A program made the position numbers and the translations under genes. A stretch of DNA of 64,000 nucleotides from a virus. Its lineage: Duplodnaviria > Caudoviricetes. A model generated the notes under the pieces. The model saw only the letters and a program-made list of their open reading frames with translations. It had not been told where the DNA came from and searched no databases. Positions within the stretch are counted from its first letter, which is position 1. Each line of letters begins with the position of its first letter. Below, one piece after another: positions 1-10,828 of the stretch. The stretch covers positions 32,001-96,000 of IMG/VR virus record IMGVR_UViG_3300028887_000067. One strand, 5' to 3'.

Positions 1-160
1 TACTCGGCACCAGCGAGGTCATTTCCGAATCGAGCTCACGGGCTTCATCCGGTACGTATGCAAGGCCGTAATAACCAATCCAGTACTGGACGGTATCGCC
101 CCCAGCAATGCTCTTGTTCAAAATGCCGAGTCCGGCGTTAGTAATGATGCTGCTGTTCAT
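1..160 (-). CDS. Tail fibre/collar-like protein, N-terminus (runs off left end)
   Basis: ATG at 160 reads MNSSIITNAGLGILNKSIAGG..., resembling the 'IITNAGL' N-termini of P2 gpH-type tail fibres. Follows the baseplate genes; late motif at 192-199. Confidence 0.5.
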   Translation of the reverse strand, partial: MNSSIITNAGLGILNKSIAGGDTVQYWIGYYGLAYVPDEARELDSEMTSLVPS

Positions 161-191
161 GCCGTTTATAACCAATTTCTTTCAAGAAACT

Positions 192-199
192 AGTTTATA
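192..199 (-). promoter_or_regulatory. Late promoter TATAAACT
   Basis: Exact motif about 30 nt upstream of ATG 160. Confidence 0.7.
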
Positions 200-222
200 A
201 CATCCGGCAACGGACTTTCCGG

Positions 223-3200
223 CTAAAAACTGCAGTCATCGTCCATACATACGTCGGACTCAATCACCTCGGTAGCGCCAAAAACGGGCTTAATTGCATA
301 TTTTCCGGACTCTCCGTGGCCAATAATGCTGATGTTACCGGTCGCCTCGGCCTTCATTATGACCCTGATTCCGTCGAACACCACGTTAATGGGCTTGCAC
401 ACGCGGACTTGTTCCGTAATCCGGCCCACGTCCTCGGTAGTCACCGACACACTAGGGAATCTCGGGTCGTCCACTACGTCCAGAACCACGTGCGGAGTGG
501 GAACCCACCGAGTCGAGTCCTCTATGGACTTGTTCATTACCTCGTCTTGGCGCACAAGCCTCTCATAAGGCCTGTCGGCGTCCGTCCATAGCGTCACGAG
601 CTCGCCCACAAGGCCGAACGTGGCCATGAGCATGTTGATACCCGCCTTGGTGCCGCTGAGAGCGTAATACTGCGGAAGATGGGAAATGGTCTCCCTCAAG
701 GCCTCCTCGCGCTCCTCGTCCGTCCGGTACACCCCGCTTTCGCTAACGTCGTCGGCGAGCGACGTGATATCGTACCCCATGAACCTCGCAAGGTACCCGA
801 TGAGCTTCCTGTCAATGACCGAGGCGTCCTTCAGATATGCAAGGCGCTCAATGCGCTCGGCGAGCGGGTAGTCCATGTCAGGAACACCACGGAAATCGGA
901 CGACATGTCGTCACGCGGGGCAACGGTGCCATAGTCGTACTTAGACGAATACTGAAGCGCGACGTCCCTCGTCGTGTCAAGACTGTCAAGATGAGGCTGT
1001 CCGAAATGATAGTTCCTAGAAAGGCCCACCCGCTGCATATAGGCACCGTTCTCGACATCGGCGAGCACCTCGCCTTCCCCGTACCTGCGGTACATCCATT
1101 CGCTCGCCTCGCCGACTGGATCGGTCTCGTCGAACATCGGGTTAGGCACCATGTCCACCTCGACCCTATCGATCTTGAAGGTACGCTTGCGCCTCATCGG
1201 AACCCACGCCGTATTGGCTGAAACCCTCCAAGCCATCAGCTCGTCCTCGCACACCTGTCTCGCGGTAACGACGATTTCCCCTTCACGGAACCGGTGCCCG
1301 CGCCATACGTATTCGCCTGACAGCCGACCCACGTTGCCGTCGGCAACGAACCCCCTGTACAGGGTAGCGGCCGAATTGTCCAGCTCAACCGGGGAATCCA
1401 GCACCACCGTGCTGTCGTTCGGAACGGACACTACGCGTCGTTGCAGGAAATCGTCCGTAGATTCGCCACAATAGGTATAAGCAGCCTCGCCCGTCCGGTC
1501 GACGATAACCTGGTCGCCTGCGGAAAGGCCGTGGGCGTATTCCGTACGAACAACAGCGCCGGTACACTCGACCACCCGGTTGGACGTAACATACGTTGCG
1601 CGGTTGCTGAGCTTGCTCCAGTCGTAGGCGTAGACCCTGTACTTGTACCACATACCAACGGACAACGTCATCTCCTTGCCGACAAGAGCAAGACCGTCGG
1701 GCAAACTTTCGGGTCCCTCTATGCGGATATTGAAGATTCCGCCTCCATTCACGTTGCTAGTCACCGTGTGCCAGCCGTTGTATACGCTGTTGTTCGCGTA
1801 ACGGATGAACACCCTCGTTCCCTTGACCAGGTCGGTTTCGGGAATGCGCCCGACAAGGTTCACCTGCGCGGTCTCGCTGTCAACGAACACTATGCGGCTC
1901 ACCTTGAACTCCGGGCCCATGGCGATTTCCGGGTTGGTCACTCCCACGTCGAACAAGTTCTGTTGCGCATAGAGCGTAAACGGGGTTAGAACCGAGTCAC
2001 GCTCCACGTGTTCCCAGGCGCCGATCGCAGCTCGGAAGAACCGGTGAACCGTTACGCCGTTCTCCACGCGGTATACGTCGACGACGTCACCCTCGGACAA
2101 AGGGTCGCCGTTCAGGCGTGTCGGCCTATGATAGACGGCCATCGCTTTCTCGGCGCCGGTATCGACCTCGCCGGTAAAGCACACGCCTTCCACGTCAGCG
2201 TCGGATTCATACGACACTACGTCGGGAGATACCACGGTAACAGGCACGTCAGTAACGTTGAATATCGCTTCCTTCTGCGGATTGCCTGAAACCTGTACGT
2301 TGCTGACTGAAATCCGAGCCCCGTCAGGCAGGCCGTGACCAGCTGACACAAGCGTCACCACCCACTTGCCATCGGCGTTCTTCACCGCGATAAGGTTGCT
2401 GTCGATATCAATCACGTAGCTCGGTAGTATGCCGCTCTTCATTACCGTGCCGTCCGTGTCCTCGTCGACCTTCGACACGGCAATCTTCTCCAGGTCGACA
2501 TCAACCACATTGTGGTCACCGAGATCGTCATAGAACTCGACAAATCCCGACCTGGACATCTCGTCGATGCCAATGTCGTTGCCGTAGTACAGATACTCGC
2601 GTTCCTTCCATCCATATCGCAGACGGGTGTCGTTCGTCCGCTTCACGTACAAGGGAAGCCGTAGGACGGACATCGAGTCGCTCTCGTAGTCAACGGTCTC
2701 GCCGTAGTCAAGCTTGGCCACGGGACCAACGTACGGCATAAAGGCATTATAGACCTTCTTGTAGCCGACGGAGTAATGCGCCATGGTGTCCTCGACCAAG
2801 TCGGTCTGAACGACCGCCACGCCGTCCTTGTAAATCGTGGACTTTGCCACGCGATACACCTTCCCGTCGGAAACCTTGTACACGTACGCCCCGTCCGGAT
2901 GAGTCCGACGAGGATCATAGAATACGACATCCGTGTCCATCTCGAGAAGGACAAAATCGGACACGCCGCTCATACGGGCGACCATGTATTCCGGCGTAAA
3001 GACCGAACCGCTATAACGACGTACCACGGCGACCGTATCGTCGCCGAGCACTCTCACGTGGTCAATGGCCGTCACGACACCCTCTTCGCTTTCGGTCACC
3101 ATCTCGACCGGCGTATTTGCCGATATGACAAGGGACGCGTCGTGCGAAATCGCGATTACGGACGTATTCTTGTCAGGATGTTCCTTGACATCCTCAACAC

Positions 3201-4971
3201 GGAACAGACGGCGCTCGATGTTTCCGGCAATCGAGCACGGGACCAGCAACACGTCACCCTTCTCGAACGTGCGGTAGCCATAAACGACGTAATAGTCGGG
3301 ACCCGTGGAATCCGGTTCCTTCGCTAGATGGTCGGTAATGTAGCCTACCGTCGGGGAAGTGACCGAAACCGGAACATGGCCTACTAAGGCAAACAGCTTA
3401 TCTATTCCGATAATGTATTTGCCACTAGACCGGTCGTACTTGCACGAAACTACTTCCGCCAATCCATCCCACGCGTCGATTGCGTAGTACTTGCCGCCGA
3501 TATCCAACGGGCTCATCGAGTAAAACGCGTCAAGGCCATAGACGCTTTCCGCAAAATCCTCGATATAGGAATTGACATAATTCTTCACCAGAAATGCCGA
3601 ACGCAGCTTCACATCGTTAGACAGTCCGAACGACACGTCGCTCGGGAACCTGTACTCGCGACGCCACTTCAGCATAGGCATCCTATCGTCCGTGTTGACC
3701 ACGTACTTGCTCTGCGACAGGGGAATCAGAACAAGGACGAGCGCACTGGACCTGTCATCTACCCAGCCAATAATTTCATCGACGCCATAATTGACCGACA
3801 TGGGGAACAAGGTGGAATAGAGTTCCCCGTCCTCCTTCCTCTCGCCAGAGGCTATGTCGCTATTCATCTTCAGCAACGCGACCTGCTCGTTCCCGTGCAT
3901 CAGGTATAAAATCGCGTCGCTGTACAGACTGGGAGAGGCGCTTCCCGTGTAAACCTTCCACTGGCCGTTCGAATCAACCTCGATACGGCTTACCCTGTAG
4001 CGTTCAACGCTCGGGCTGAGCGCAACGTCGGGCTGGGGGATATAGTTCGTCGACGAGACAGCCGACATCTTGGAACCGCTCGTATCGCGCAGGTAGAAAA
4101 TTCCGGACGGATAATCACCCACCCAGTCGAATCCGTTGCCGGACGCGAACTTGACAAACGTGTTGAAATTTCCCGAAACCGGAGAAAGCTGGTTATAGTA
4201 GTCGACGGTGACCTGGTCGACCTTCTTGTCCACCCCGTCAATGTCGAAATACACCGTATCCGTAGCAGGAACCCTCTTCACGTCGGTAATCTTCAGCGAA
4301 AAGAACACCTCATAATAGGTAATGGAGCGTCCCTGCGGATGACCACCGTGCCTACGGAGCACGTGCCCGACGTCGGAAACGCTGAACTCTATCGCGGTAG
4401 CCGGACTGTTGTCCGTATCGGTAAACGGGTCCTGCGAAGTGCCGGCCGTGTCTACCACGAGCGCGTCGTCCGCGTAAGAATAGTAGTACGGAATCGTGCG
4501 AACCGGTTCGGCGTTCCGGTACTTCACGTACACGACCGAACCATCCTTCAGGTTCCTGTCGACAAGATGATGGCCCGAGGCGGACTCTATCGTGTCCTGC
4601 ACGACATCGAAATCGACCTCGACCTCCCTAGGATATTCGGCACCCTCGTTACCAACGATGACGTTGGACTTCACGTTGTTGCGCGGGACGGATAGATAAC
4701 GGACCCTGTCGCCACGCTCGGAGGCGAGTTGCAACATCGAACAGAGCCGCTCCATAGAAGCCATCACCGAACCCTGGTCGGTAGACGTACACACACGGAC
4801 CAACTCGAACTCCTCGGTAGTCTCGATGTTTCGGTAAGCGTTGTTGATGTAGTCAGACATGACCTGCATCAACGTCACGACATCCGGCTCTGTCTTCAGA
4901 AACTCAGGAAGATAACCGACAAAGTCGTTAAACCTAAACTGGCCATTCTTGTTGTAAACTATCGGATTCAT
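223..4971 (-). CDS. Large baseplate wedge protein (T4 gp7 / P2 gpI-like), 1582 aa
   Basis: N-terminal 'YLPEFLKTE'; C-terminal gpI-like 'IGYLARFMGYD...LPQYYALSGTKAGINMLMATFG'; directly downstream of gp6. Confidence 0.65.
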   Translation of the reverse strand: MNPIVYNKNGQFRFNDFVGYLPEFLKTEPDVVTLMQVMSDYINNAYRNIETTEEFELVRVCTSTDQGSVMASMERLCSMLQLASERGDRVRYLSVPRNNVKSNVIVGNEGAEYPREVEVDFDVVQDTIESASGHHLVDRNLKDGSVVYVKYRNAEPVRTIPYYYSYADDALVVDTAGTSQDPFTDTDNSPATAIEFSVSDVGHVLRRHGGHPQGRSITYYEVFFSLKITDVKRVPATDTVYFDIDGVDKKVDQVTVDYYNQLSPVSGNFNTFVKFASGNGFDWVGDYPSGIFYLRDTSGSKMSAVSSTNYIPQPDVALSPSVERYRVSRIEVDSNGQWKVYTGSASPSLYSDAILYLMHGNEQVALLKMNSDIASGERKEDGELYSTLFPMSVNYGVDEIIGWVDDRSSALVLVLIPLSQSKYVVNTDDRMPMLKWRREYRFPSDVSFGLSNDVKLRSAFLVKNYVNSYIEDFAESVYGLDAFYSMSPLDIGGKYYAIDAWDGLAEVVSCKYDRSSGKYIIGIDKLFALVGHVPVSVTSPTVGYITDHLAKEPDSTGPDYYVVYGYRTFEKGDVLLVPCSIAGNIERRLFRVEDVKEHPDKNTSVIAISHDASLVISANTPVEMVTESEEGVVTAIDHVRVLGDDTVAVVRRYSGSVFTPEYMVARMSGVSDFVLLEMDTDVVFYDPRRTHPDGAYVYKVSDGKVYRVAKSTIYKDGVAVVQTDLVEDTMAHYSVGYKKVYNAFMPYVGPVAKLDYGETVDYESDSMSVLRLPLYVKRTNDTRLRYGWKEREYLYYGNDIGIDEMSRSGFVEFYDDLGDHNVVDVDLEKIAVSKVDEDTDGTVMKSGILPSYVIDIDSNLIAVKNADGKWVVTLVSAGHGLPDGARISVSNVQVSGNPQKEAIFNVTDVPVTVVSPDVVSYESDADVEGVCFTGEVDTGAEKAMAVYHRPTRLNGDPLSEGDVVDVYRVENGVTVHRFFRAAIGAWEHVERDSVLTPFTLYAQQNLFDVGVTNPEIAMGPEFKVSRIVFVDSETAQVNLVGRIPETDLVKGTRVFIRYANNSVYNGWHTVTSNVNGGGIFNIRIEGPESLPDGLALVGKEMTLSVGMWYKYRVYAYDWSKLSNRATYVTSNRVVECTGAVVRTEYAHGLSAGDQVIVDRTGEAAYTYCGESTDDFLQRRVVSVPNDSTVVLDSPVELDNSAATLYRGFVADGNVGRLSGEYVWRGHRFREGEIVVTARQVCEDELMAWRVSANTAWVPMRRKRTFKIDRVEVDMVPNPMFDETDPVGEASEWMYRRYGEGEVLADVENGAYMQRVGLSRNYHFGQPHLDSLDTTRDVALQYSSKYDYGTVAPRDDMSSDFRGVPDMDYPLAERIERLAYLKDASVIDRKLIGYLARFMGYDITSLADDVSESGVYRTDEEREEALRETISHLPQYYALSGTKAGINMLMATFGLVGELVTLWTDADRPYERLVRQDEVMNKSIEDSTRWVPTPHVVLDVVDDPRFPSVSVTTEDVGRITEQVRVCKPINVVFDGIRVIMKAEATGNISIIGHGESGKYAIKPVFGATEVIESDVCMDDDCSF

Positions 4972-4973
4972 TT

Positions 4974-7532
4974 CTACTCCGTAAGAAGGACGCTATCGAC
5001 GGAAACCATGAGCTCTATCTGATCGGTCGGGATGGTTATCTGCACGATCTCGTTATCGTTGGAATATTTCGTGATGTTGCCGTTCTCGTCGATCAGATTC
5101 CGGGCCACGTAATACTTCAGCGCGTTGCGCACCAGCTTGATGTATTCCAGCGCGTACTCAATGTAGTCGTGCAACGAATTTCCGCCTACCTCGGCCATAT
5201 CCTTGATGAAGTCCGTATCCTTGAAAGTGAGCGAGTCGAATCCCTTGTCCCATCCCTTCACAGCCTGTATCACGCGGTACAGCGTATCGGCCATCGTAGA
5301 ACCGTTCGACTGCTGGGCGATAAGTTCCGAATTGATCGCTTGGTACACAACGGTCATTACCTGTTCCCATATGTAGGCGACGAACTTGTCGATGTCCCTG
5401 TCGGAAATCGGCTCGGTTGCGCCCACGGAAAGCTTCGGACGAACTACGAACTGGTAGTAGTCAGATATGCGAGACTGCAGGCCAGCAAGCGAACCCACGG
5501 TAAACGTAGACTCCCTGACGTGGTTCTCATTCGACGCGTAGAATCTCAACGTAAAGTCAAACCCATCAAGAGCGATATTGCCGGGAACAATGTATTCGTA
5601 TGTCATCGGGCCGAGCAGCTTGAGCTCAGTAAGATCAAGTTCGGCATACCGGTCGTTGACCGGAGAGAACGTCACGTCGACACCGGCCACCTCGGTAAGC
5701 CCATGCACTATGGACTCAATTCTCGAGCGGTATACAGGTGTTGCGAAATCGGTGTTCTCCAGCAAATACTTGTAAACGGCGTTCTTGATGCGTTCCTTTA
5801 CGTCGGTGAAGTTGTTTCCGCGATACAAAGTGACCTTCATATGGGCCTCCATATCGTGAACAGATGGGTATACATAGTTGTGGAAACCACCCCCGACAGT
5901 AATCATACCGCGCTGGTTGAGCGCCGACATCACGGAATAAAGCTCGGAGCCGTCCTCGACGAAGTCCATCGGGGAAAGCATCGCGGAAAACACCTTGTAA
6001 TCGAGCGGATAAGTCGGCTGTACCTGTGAAAGGACTTGCTGCTTCTGCTCCTCGGTAAGGCCCGCAGAGTCAAGAGCCGACCGAACACGTTCGTAAATTG
6101 CGACATGCCCCTCGTCGAGCCCGTTCTTTTCGAGATCGCTGTAGTCGTACTGCCAAGTATACATGAGCCCGTTAACCTTGTACCCATCGAGGAAGTACTC
6201 ATCAGCAGTAGTCGGATAGAAAGTATTATCCTTCTGTCTGTAAAGGCTCTTCAGTGCGCTGAAGCGCACCTGGTTCATATACTTCACGTCAATTCCACCG
6301 TTATCCAGCTTCGTATTGAGAATGTCCTCGCCGTATGCGGTGGCATACTTCACGTCGGCATACCTGCGGAGGAATACCTTGTAGCTCATCCGGTTGACGA
6401 GCCGGTCGAGAGAGCTAAACAGGGCAGGAGCATTCGCCTTTATCGACTCGATACTCTCGATGTCGAGCCCGTTACGGACGTCCGTCGTAATGGCTATGTT
6501 GAGGTCGTTCACCGTGATGTCGCTCTCGGTGCCGTCGTCCTGGCAGATAACAATGCGGCTCGCGTTCGTGGAGAGCGTGGTACCGGCAACATTGAGCAGA
6601 TTTCCCGTCTCTCCCGTGGTGGAGAAGTAAGTAACATTGATGACGCCGTACGGGATCGCTGCCTTCAATCCGTCACCGAACCGAAGCTGAACATTTCCGT
6701 CGTTGGCAGTGGAAAGCTCCACCGTATAGTTGTCGCTGTAGTTGTCCTGACCAGACACAAACTGGTCAATATCGTTCAGTATGTTCTCCTTGGACGGGTC
6801 GATAAGCCCGCGTCTGGATATGCGCCAGTAAAGCTTGTCGTCGACCACGACGCTGGGGTCGATGTTGTCCATCAGGGTCGCGTCGGACGTGACCCTCGTG
6901 AACGCGGCCGAACGATGAGCCACGTTACCATCGTCATCGAAGTTGGGGTCGTTGTCACCGTAGTAGTCGCTAAAGGAAAGGTCGTGTATGATGAATGTCT
7001 GGTTCTGCGTACCGGTGGAAATCAACGACTCGGTCTTGAAACGTCCCTCAGCAAGGACCGCCTTGCCCGACACGAGCTTCATCAAGCCGGTCTGTTCGGT
7101 GTCCGCGTTGCGGTCGTAACGGAACTCCATGTTGTCCATCGCAGTCAGCGTGGTGCTGCCCATAGTGAACTCGGTGCCCATCGGGATACGGACGCGAATA
7201 GTGTTGAACTTTCCCGTCTTCGTCGTCTGGATGCCGATTCCCGCCTTGGCCGGGACTGGACGTCTCACGCTGTAACCAAGCATCCTCGCGTTCGCGTATA
7301 CGGACGGGAGCGAGTTCGCCGATTCCATGAAGGCGTTCTTGAACGAGGATTCCGCGTAATACGCCATGAGGTCGGCCGTACCTGCGAACAGGTCGGACAT
7401 GAGCCGCCCATAGGAGCTTTCCGAGAAGTCCGCAAGATTTCCCCCCTTGGCCTTCATGATGGTGGCCAGGTGCTCGCGTATCGCCTCGAACGAGATGTTC
7501 GTATACTTCCTCGATATGGATGTATTCGCCAT
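4974..7532 (-). CDS. gp6: Baseplate wedge protein gp6-like, 852 aa
   Basis: N-terminal 'FEAIREHL...DFSESSYGRLMSDLFA...SVYANARMLGY', plus 'LRFGDG' and 'ESIESIKANAP' motifs typical of T4 gp6. Confidence 0.85.
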   Translation of the reverse strand: MANTSISRKYTNISFEAIREHLATIMKAKGGNLADFSESSYGRLMSDLFAGTADLMAYYAESSFKNAFMESANSLPSVYANARMLGYSVRRPVPAKAGIGIQTTKTGKFNTIRVRIPMGTEFTMGSTTLTAMDNMEFRYDRNADTEQTGLMKLVSGKAVLAEGRFKTESLISTGTQNQTFIIHDLSFSDYYGDNDPNFDDDGNVAHRSAAFTRVTSDATLMDNIDPSVVVDDKLYWRISRRGLIDPSKENILNDIDQFVSGQDNYSDNYTVELSTANDGNVQLRFGDGLKAAIPYGVINVTYFSTTGETGNLLNVAGTTLSTNASRIVICQDDGTESDITVNDLNIAITTDVRNGLDIESIESIKANAPALFSSLDRLVNRMSYKVFLRRYADVKYATAYGEDILNTKLDNGGIDVKYMNQVRFSALKSLYRQKDNTFYPTTADEYFLDGYKVNGLMYTWQYDYSDLEKNGLDEGHVAIYERVRSALDSAGLTEEQKQQVLSQVQPTYPLDYKVFSAMLSPMDFVEDGSELYSVMSALNQRGMITVGGGFHNYVYPSVHDMEAHMKVTLYRGNNFTDVKERIKNAVYKYLLENTDFATPVYRSRIESIVHGLTEVAGVDVTFSPVNDRYAELDLTELKLLGPMTYEYIVPGNIALDGFDFTLRFYASNENHVRESTFTVGSLAGLQSRISDYYQFVVRPKLSVGATEPISDRDIDKFVAYIWEQVMTVVYQAINSELIAQQSNGSTMADTLYRVIQAVKGWDKGFDSLTFKDTDFIKDMAEVGGNSLHDYIEYALEYIKLVRNALKYYVARNLIDENGNITKYSNDNEIVQITIPTDQIELMVSVDSVLLTE

Positions 7533-7559
7533 GTTTCAACCTTCAATCAATCATTCCGC

Positions 7560-7567
7560 AGTTTATA
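7560..7567 (-). promoter_or_regulatory. Late promoter TATAAACT (gp6 operon)
   Basis: Exact motif 28 nt from ATG 7532; one of a divergent pair. Confidence 0.75.
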
Positions 7568-7591
7568 CGATTTTGGCCCCCCGCCCCGGCT

Positions 7592-7599
7592 TATAAACT
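7592..7599 (+). promoter_or_regulatory. Late promoter TATAAACT (gp14)
   Basis: Exact motif, followed by GAGG RBS and ATG 7617. Confidence 0.75.
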
Positions 7600-7616
7600 A
7601 CATCAGAGGTCAAACA

Positions 7617-8630
7617 ATGCCAGAGTTCGTATTACATCTTTCCGGAAACTGCCGAGCCACGACGGCCATCGTGCCGAATTTCAGCGTACTCGCGTCGGTC
7701 TCCCCCCACATGTGGAACGACCGGACGGGCGGACAGGTGGAACGCTCCGAAAAGATGCAGATCAACAACCCCGACTTCCAGCACGACTCTCGCCTCGGCC
7801 TCGTCTTCTACAACAGGCGCCACAACGCTTTCCGCGACCAGGAAAGATACAACGTCATGAGCAGGGCCTTCGTCAGCCGGCAGGGCACCTTCTACAAGTA
7901 TTACACCACCTCGTTGAACGTAGCAGGAAATTCCCTCTTCCACGAAGATTCCAATAGGCAGGTGGAACGCGTATTCGACTTGCCCGTGATAATGGGATTC
8001 AACCCGCAGAACGAACTGTATTCCCGTTTCGGCATCCAGTACACGACCAAGCAGGAAATCTACGTCCACATGAGCCTGTTCCTTGAACTCAACTACAGGA
8101 ATCTCCGCGAACAGGGCGTAAAGCCGGCCTGCGACCCGTCGGAACACAATCCGGTGTGGTACCAGCGCGGCTACGAGGACTTCAGGTACTACGGCTACAC
8201 CGCCGCACAAATCTTCCCGAAGGCGGGGGACCTGCTGAAGCTCGAGTTCAACAATGTCCTGTACCAGGTGGACACCGTCGTCGACGAGCTGCCCGAATTC
8301 CAGTACAAGTGGCGCAAATACTGGTGGAAACTCTATCTAGACACGGCAATGGACAACGGAAAGAAAGTCAGCGATGAAGTGCTCAACGCACCAGACCAGG
8401 AAAACTTCATCAACAAGCTGTTCGGACGCAACGTACTCGGCAAGTCAACCGACCCCGAGGCCCCAAACTCGAACAAGGCACAGGGAAGCAACATATTCAA
8501 CGTGGCCTCGACAGTGGACGAACTGAAAAAGGACGTCCTGTTCAGACCTCCCGAAGTGGACAAGTGCGTAAAGGATATGACAAACGACCCCGCCTACTAC
8601 GCCTGCGGTTCCCTACTTGGACAATGGTAA
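7617..8630 (+). CDS. gp14: Neck protein gp14-like (start corrected from track ORF 6036)
   Basis: 'LFHED...LYSRFGIQ...FPKAGDLLKLEFNNVLYQV' resembles T4 gp14; RBS and late promoter support the 7617 start. Confidence 0.75.
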   Translation: MPEFVLHLSGNCRATTAIVPNFSVLASVSPHMWNDRTGGQVERSEKMQINNPDFQHDSRLGLVFYNRRHNAFRDQERYNVMSRAFVSRQGTFYKYYTTSLNVAGNSLFHEDSNRQVERVFDLPVIMGFNPQNELYSRFGIQYTTKQEIYVHMSLFLELNYRNLREQGVKPACDPSEHNPVWYQRGYEDFRYYGYTAAQIFPKAGDLLKLEFNNVLYQVDTVVDELPEFQYKWRKYWWKLYLDTAMDNGKKVSDEVLNAPDQENFINKLFGRNVLGKSTDPEAPNSNKAQGSNIFNVASTVDELKKDVLFRPPEVDKCVKDMTNDPAYYACGSLLGQW

Positions 8631-8632
8631 AC

Positions 8633-8661
8633 AAAAAAGGTTGCCTTTGGGCAACCTTTTT
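8633..8661. terminator. Bidirectional intrinsic terminator
   Basis: AAAAAAGGTTGCC-TTTG-GGCAACCTTTTT between convergent genes. Confidence 0.85.
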
Positions 8662-8678
8662 CGCAGCGTCGGGATCCG

Positions 8679-10592
8679 CTATTCTTCTTCCATAAAATTG
8701 GTAAGCTTGTTTTTCGACACGTAGCAATTGTTGGACATGCTGTTACGCTCATTAACGCGCTGGATAGCGGCACGAAGCTTTTCCGGAGTGCATACTTCGA
8801 CCGGCGATGCCTCCTTATCCAATGGTATTTCGTTAACGTCGGCGTCAGTTTCGTCGGCCTCCGTGTCTTCATCGGCACCGCTGTAAATCACGATATCGGT
8901 GAAGATGTTCGTGATGTCGGCGGCCGTGATATGCGACTCGATGGCAAACTTGATCACGTCGTCGTACTTCGGGTCATCGAAATTGGTCGGATTTTCCTTG
9001 TTTACGATGGCGTCGTTGTACTTGAAGAGGTAACGCATCGTGTTCTCGGTCGGAAGGCCAATCTCGAACATCTCGTCGATACGTCCGCTACGACGCATAA
9101 TTCTCTGGTTGACCTTGGTCGGGTCGTTAATCGTGGCGAAGAAAATGTAGGACACCTGGTCATTCTTCGCGGCCTGATTGAGCTTGTCAAAGAAATTCAG
9201 GTAGGAGATCACATTGTCGTTCTTCTCGTTCAGGTTGTAAGAATCCATGTCGTCAAGAATGATGATGCACTTCTTGATTGCCTTGATGTAGCGAAGCATC
9301 GACTCAGTCTCGTCCTTGTCGCAGATGACGTCCGCAGTAATCTTGAATGTACACACGTCGGGGAACGCATTAGAAATTTGCTGTGCGCCGATGGTCTTAC
9401 CGGTACCCGGCTGGCCGACCAGCGCGTAGCTTCGTGACAGGCCACGGTTGAACGCGACACGGATGGCCTTGATAATCTTCGGGATTGTCTCAGTAACCGA
9501 TTCCTGCGGGATGGCGACGGGGCGAAGCATTTCCTTTAGATTGCCGTCATCAAACGTGTAAAGGTACATAGACGGGTCGATACTCAACGCGAACATCATC
9601 TCCACAAAAAGCTCGATGTTCTTGTGGAACACGGCGTACTCGTTCTTGGAAATCACCTGACGGCGGTTGACAGGAGACCAGAACAGCTTGATAGTGGAGG
9701 TCGGGACATAGATGGTCCCCTCGCCGGTTTCGCCTTCGCGGACGCGGACAAGCTGGGTAGCGTATACTTCCACGTCGTCGAAACGGAACACGAACACGGC
9801 ATTGATGACGGGACTGCGCTTGTTGACGTCGGCCTCGCCCTCGACATGGCGATACTGATCGCTTCGTTCGTCGAACACGTACTGCACCGTGGTATCGGTA
9901 GCCTCGTCCTTCTTATCGGTCTGGGCGGTGACCATACGCTTGCACTCGATTACATTGGTCTTGACCGGCGTAATCACGTGTTCGGTCTGGTCAATCGGGG
10001 AGAACCACTTCATCGGTTCCTTGGAGTTCATCATTCTAATGAACGCGAGGTTGCTGGACGGAGTAATATTGATGGATCGAGAGTTTTCGCCGTTATGATT
10101 CTTGCTGACCTCGCGGAACTCGTCAAGGCTCATATGGAGGAAGGAAGGTTCCGACGTGGACACCATAACATAGAGCTGGTCGAGAGTATTCCATTTGAAA
10201 TTTATTCGTGCGCACACCGTGTCGCCGATGGCGTACAATGCCATACAGTTCTGAAGAAAACCGGCAATCTTGGAAACCGACTTGGCGCCGCTATGCTTGG
10301 CGATAAGGTTCGTCATTGAGCAGGCCAACATAGCGACCTTGGTATTGTCGGTATTCTTGTAGGCCTTCACGACTTCCTTCAGCGCGGCGAACTTGCTCTT
10401 GCCGATGACGCTGCTCGGAATGTCTATGGTCGGCAAGGAGCCAATCATATCCTCAATCGTCTTGGTAAGCTCCTTGAAAGTGTCAATCGAGTCAAGGTCG
10501 TCGCCCTTGATTCCGGAAATCTTCTTGACCCAGTCGGAAACACGGCCCAAATCGAAATTGTTCATGATAATGGATGGAAGTTTATTGTTCAT
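8679..10592 (-). CDS. AAA+ ATPase with large unique N-terminal region (637 aa)
   Basis: Walker A GQPGTGKT, Walker B IIILDDMD, sensor/second region of homology 'ATINDPTKV...RRSGRID'. Start MNNKL has an AGGGA RBS and an ATGA overlap. Confidence 0.85.
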   Translation of the reverse strand: MNNKLPSIIMNNFDLGRVSDWVKKISGIKGDDLDSIDTFKELTKTIEDMIGSLPTIDIPSSVIGKSKFAALKEVVKAYKNTDNTKVAMLACSMTNLIAKHSGAKSVSKIAGFLQNCMALYAIGDTVCARINFKWNTLDQLYVMVSTSEPSFLHMSLDEFREVSKNHNGENSRSINITPSSNLAFIRMMNSKEPMKWFSPIDQTEHVITPVKTNVIECKRMVTAQTDKKDEATDTTVQYVFDERSDQYRHVEGEADVNKRSPVINAVFVFRFDDVEVYATQLVRVREGETGEGTIYVPTSTIKLFWSPVNRRQVISKNEYAVFHKNIELFVEMMFALSIDPSMYLYTFDDGNLKEMLRPVAIPQESVTETIPKIIKAIRVAFNRGLSRSYALVGQPGTGKTIGAQQISNAFPDVCTFKITADVICDKDETESMLRYIKAIKKCIIILDDMDSYNLNEKNDNVISYLNFFDKLNQAAKNDQVSYIFFATINDPTKVNQRIMRRSGRIDEMFEIGLPTENTMRYLFKYNDAIVNKENPTNFDDPKYDDVIKFAIESHITAADITNIFTDIVIYSGADEDTEADETDADVNEIPLDKEASPVEVCTPEKLRAAIQRVNERNSMSNNCYVSKNKLTNFMEEE

Positions 10593-10828
10593 TTTTGATC
10601 CCTTTTGTTTGCTGCAGTTATTGTAACATTTGCCGAATCTACGCATTGACGCAACTTCCGTTTGAACACGACCGAGCTGAAGTAATGGCACATTCGCCTA
10701 ACAATATCATCCGTTAGCATCTTGTAACGGATGTCGCAAATCGCCTGTCGCTCAACGACGGAGGCCATCTTCTCGGCCATCCGTATAGTCGCGTGTATAG
10801 CGCAAACTAGGTAAATTAAAGACTTCAT
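10589..10828 (-). CDS. Hypothetical 79-aa protein
   Basis: Stop overlaps the AAA start (ATGA); start overlaps the upstream stop (TAATG). Confidence 0.6.
   Translation of the reverse strand: MKSLIYLVCAIHATIRMAEKMASVVERQAICDIRYKMLTDDIVRRMCHYFSSVVFKRKLRQCVDSANVTITAANKRDQK

Noticed and set aside
6036-7616. N-terminal 527 codons of the 864-aa track ORF
   Set aside because: Antisense shadow of gp6; the promoter, RBS and gp14 similarity all begin at 7617.
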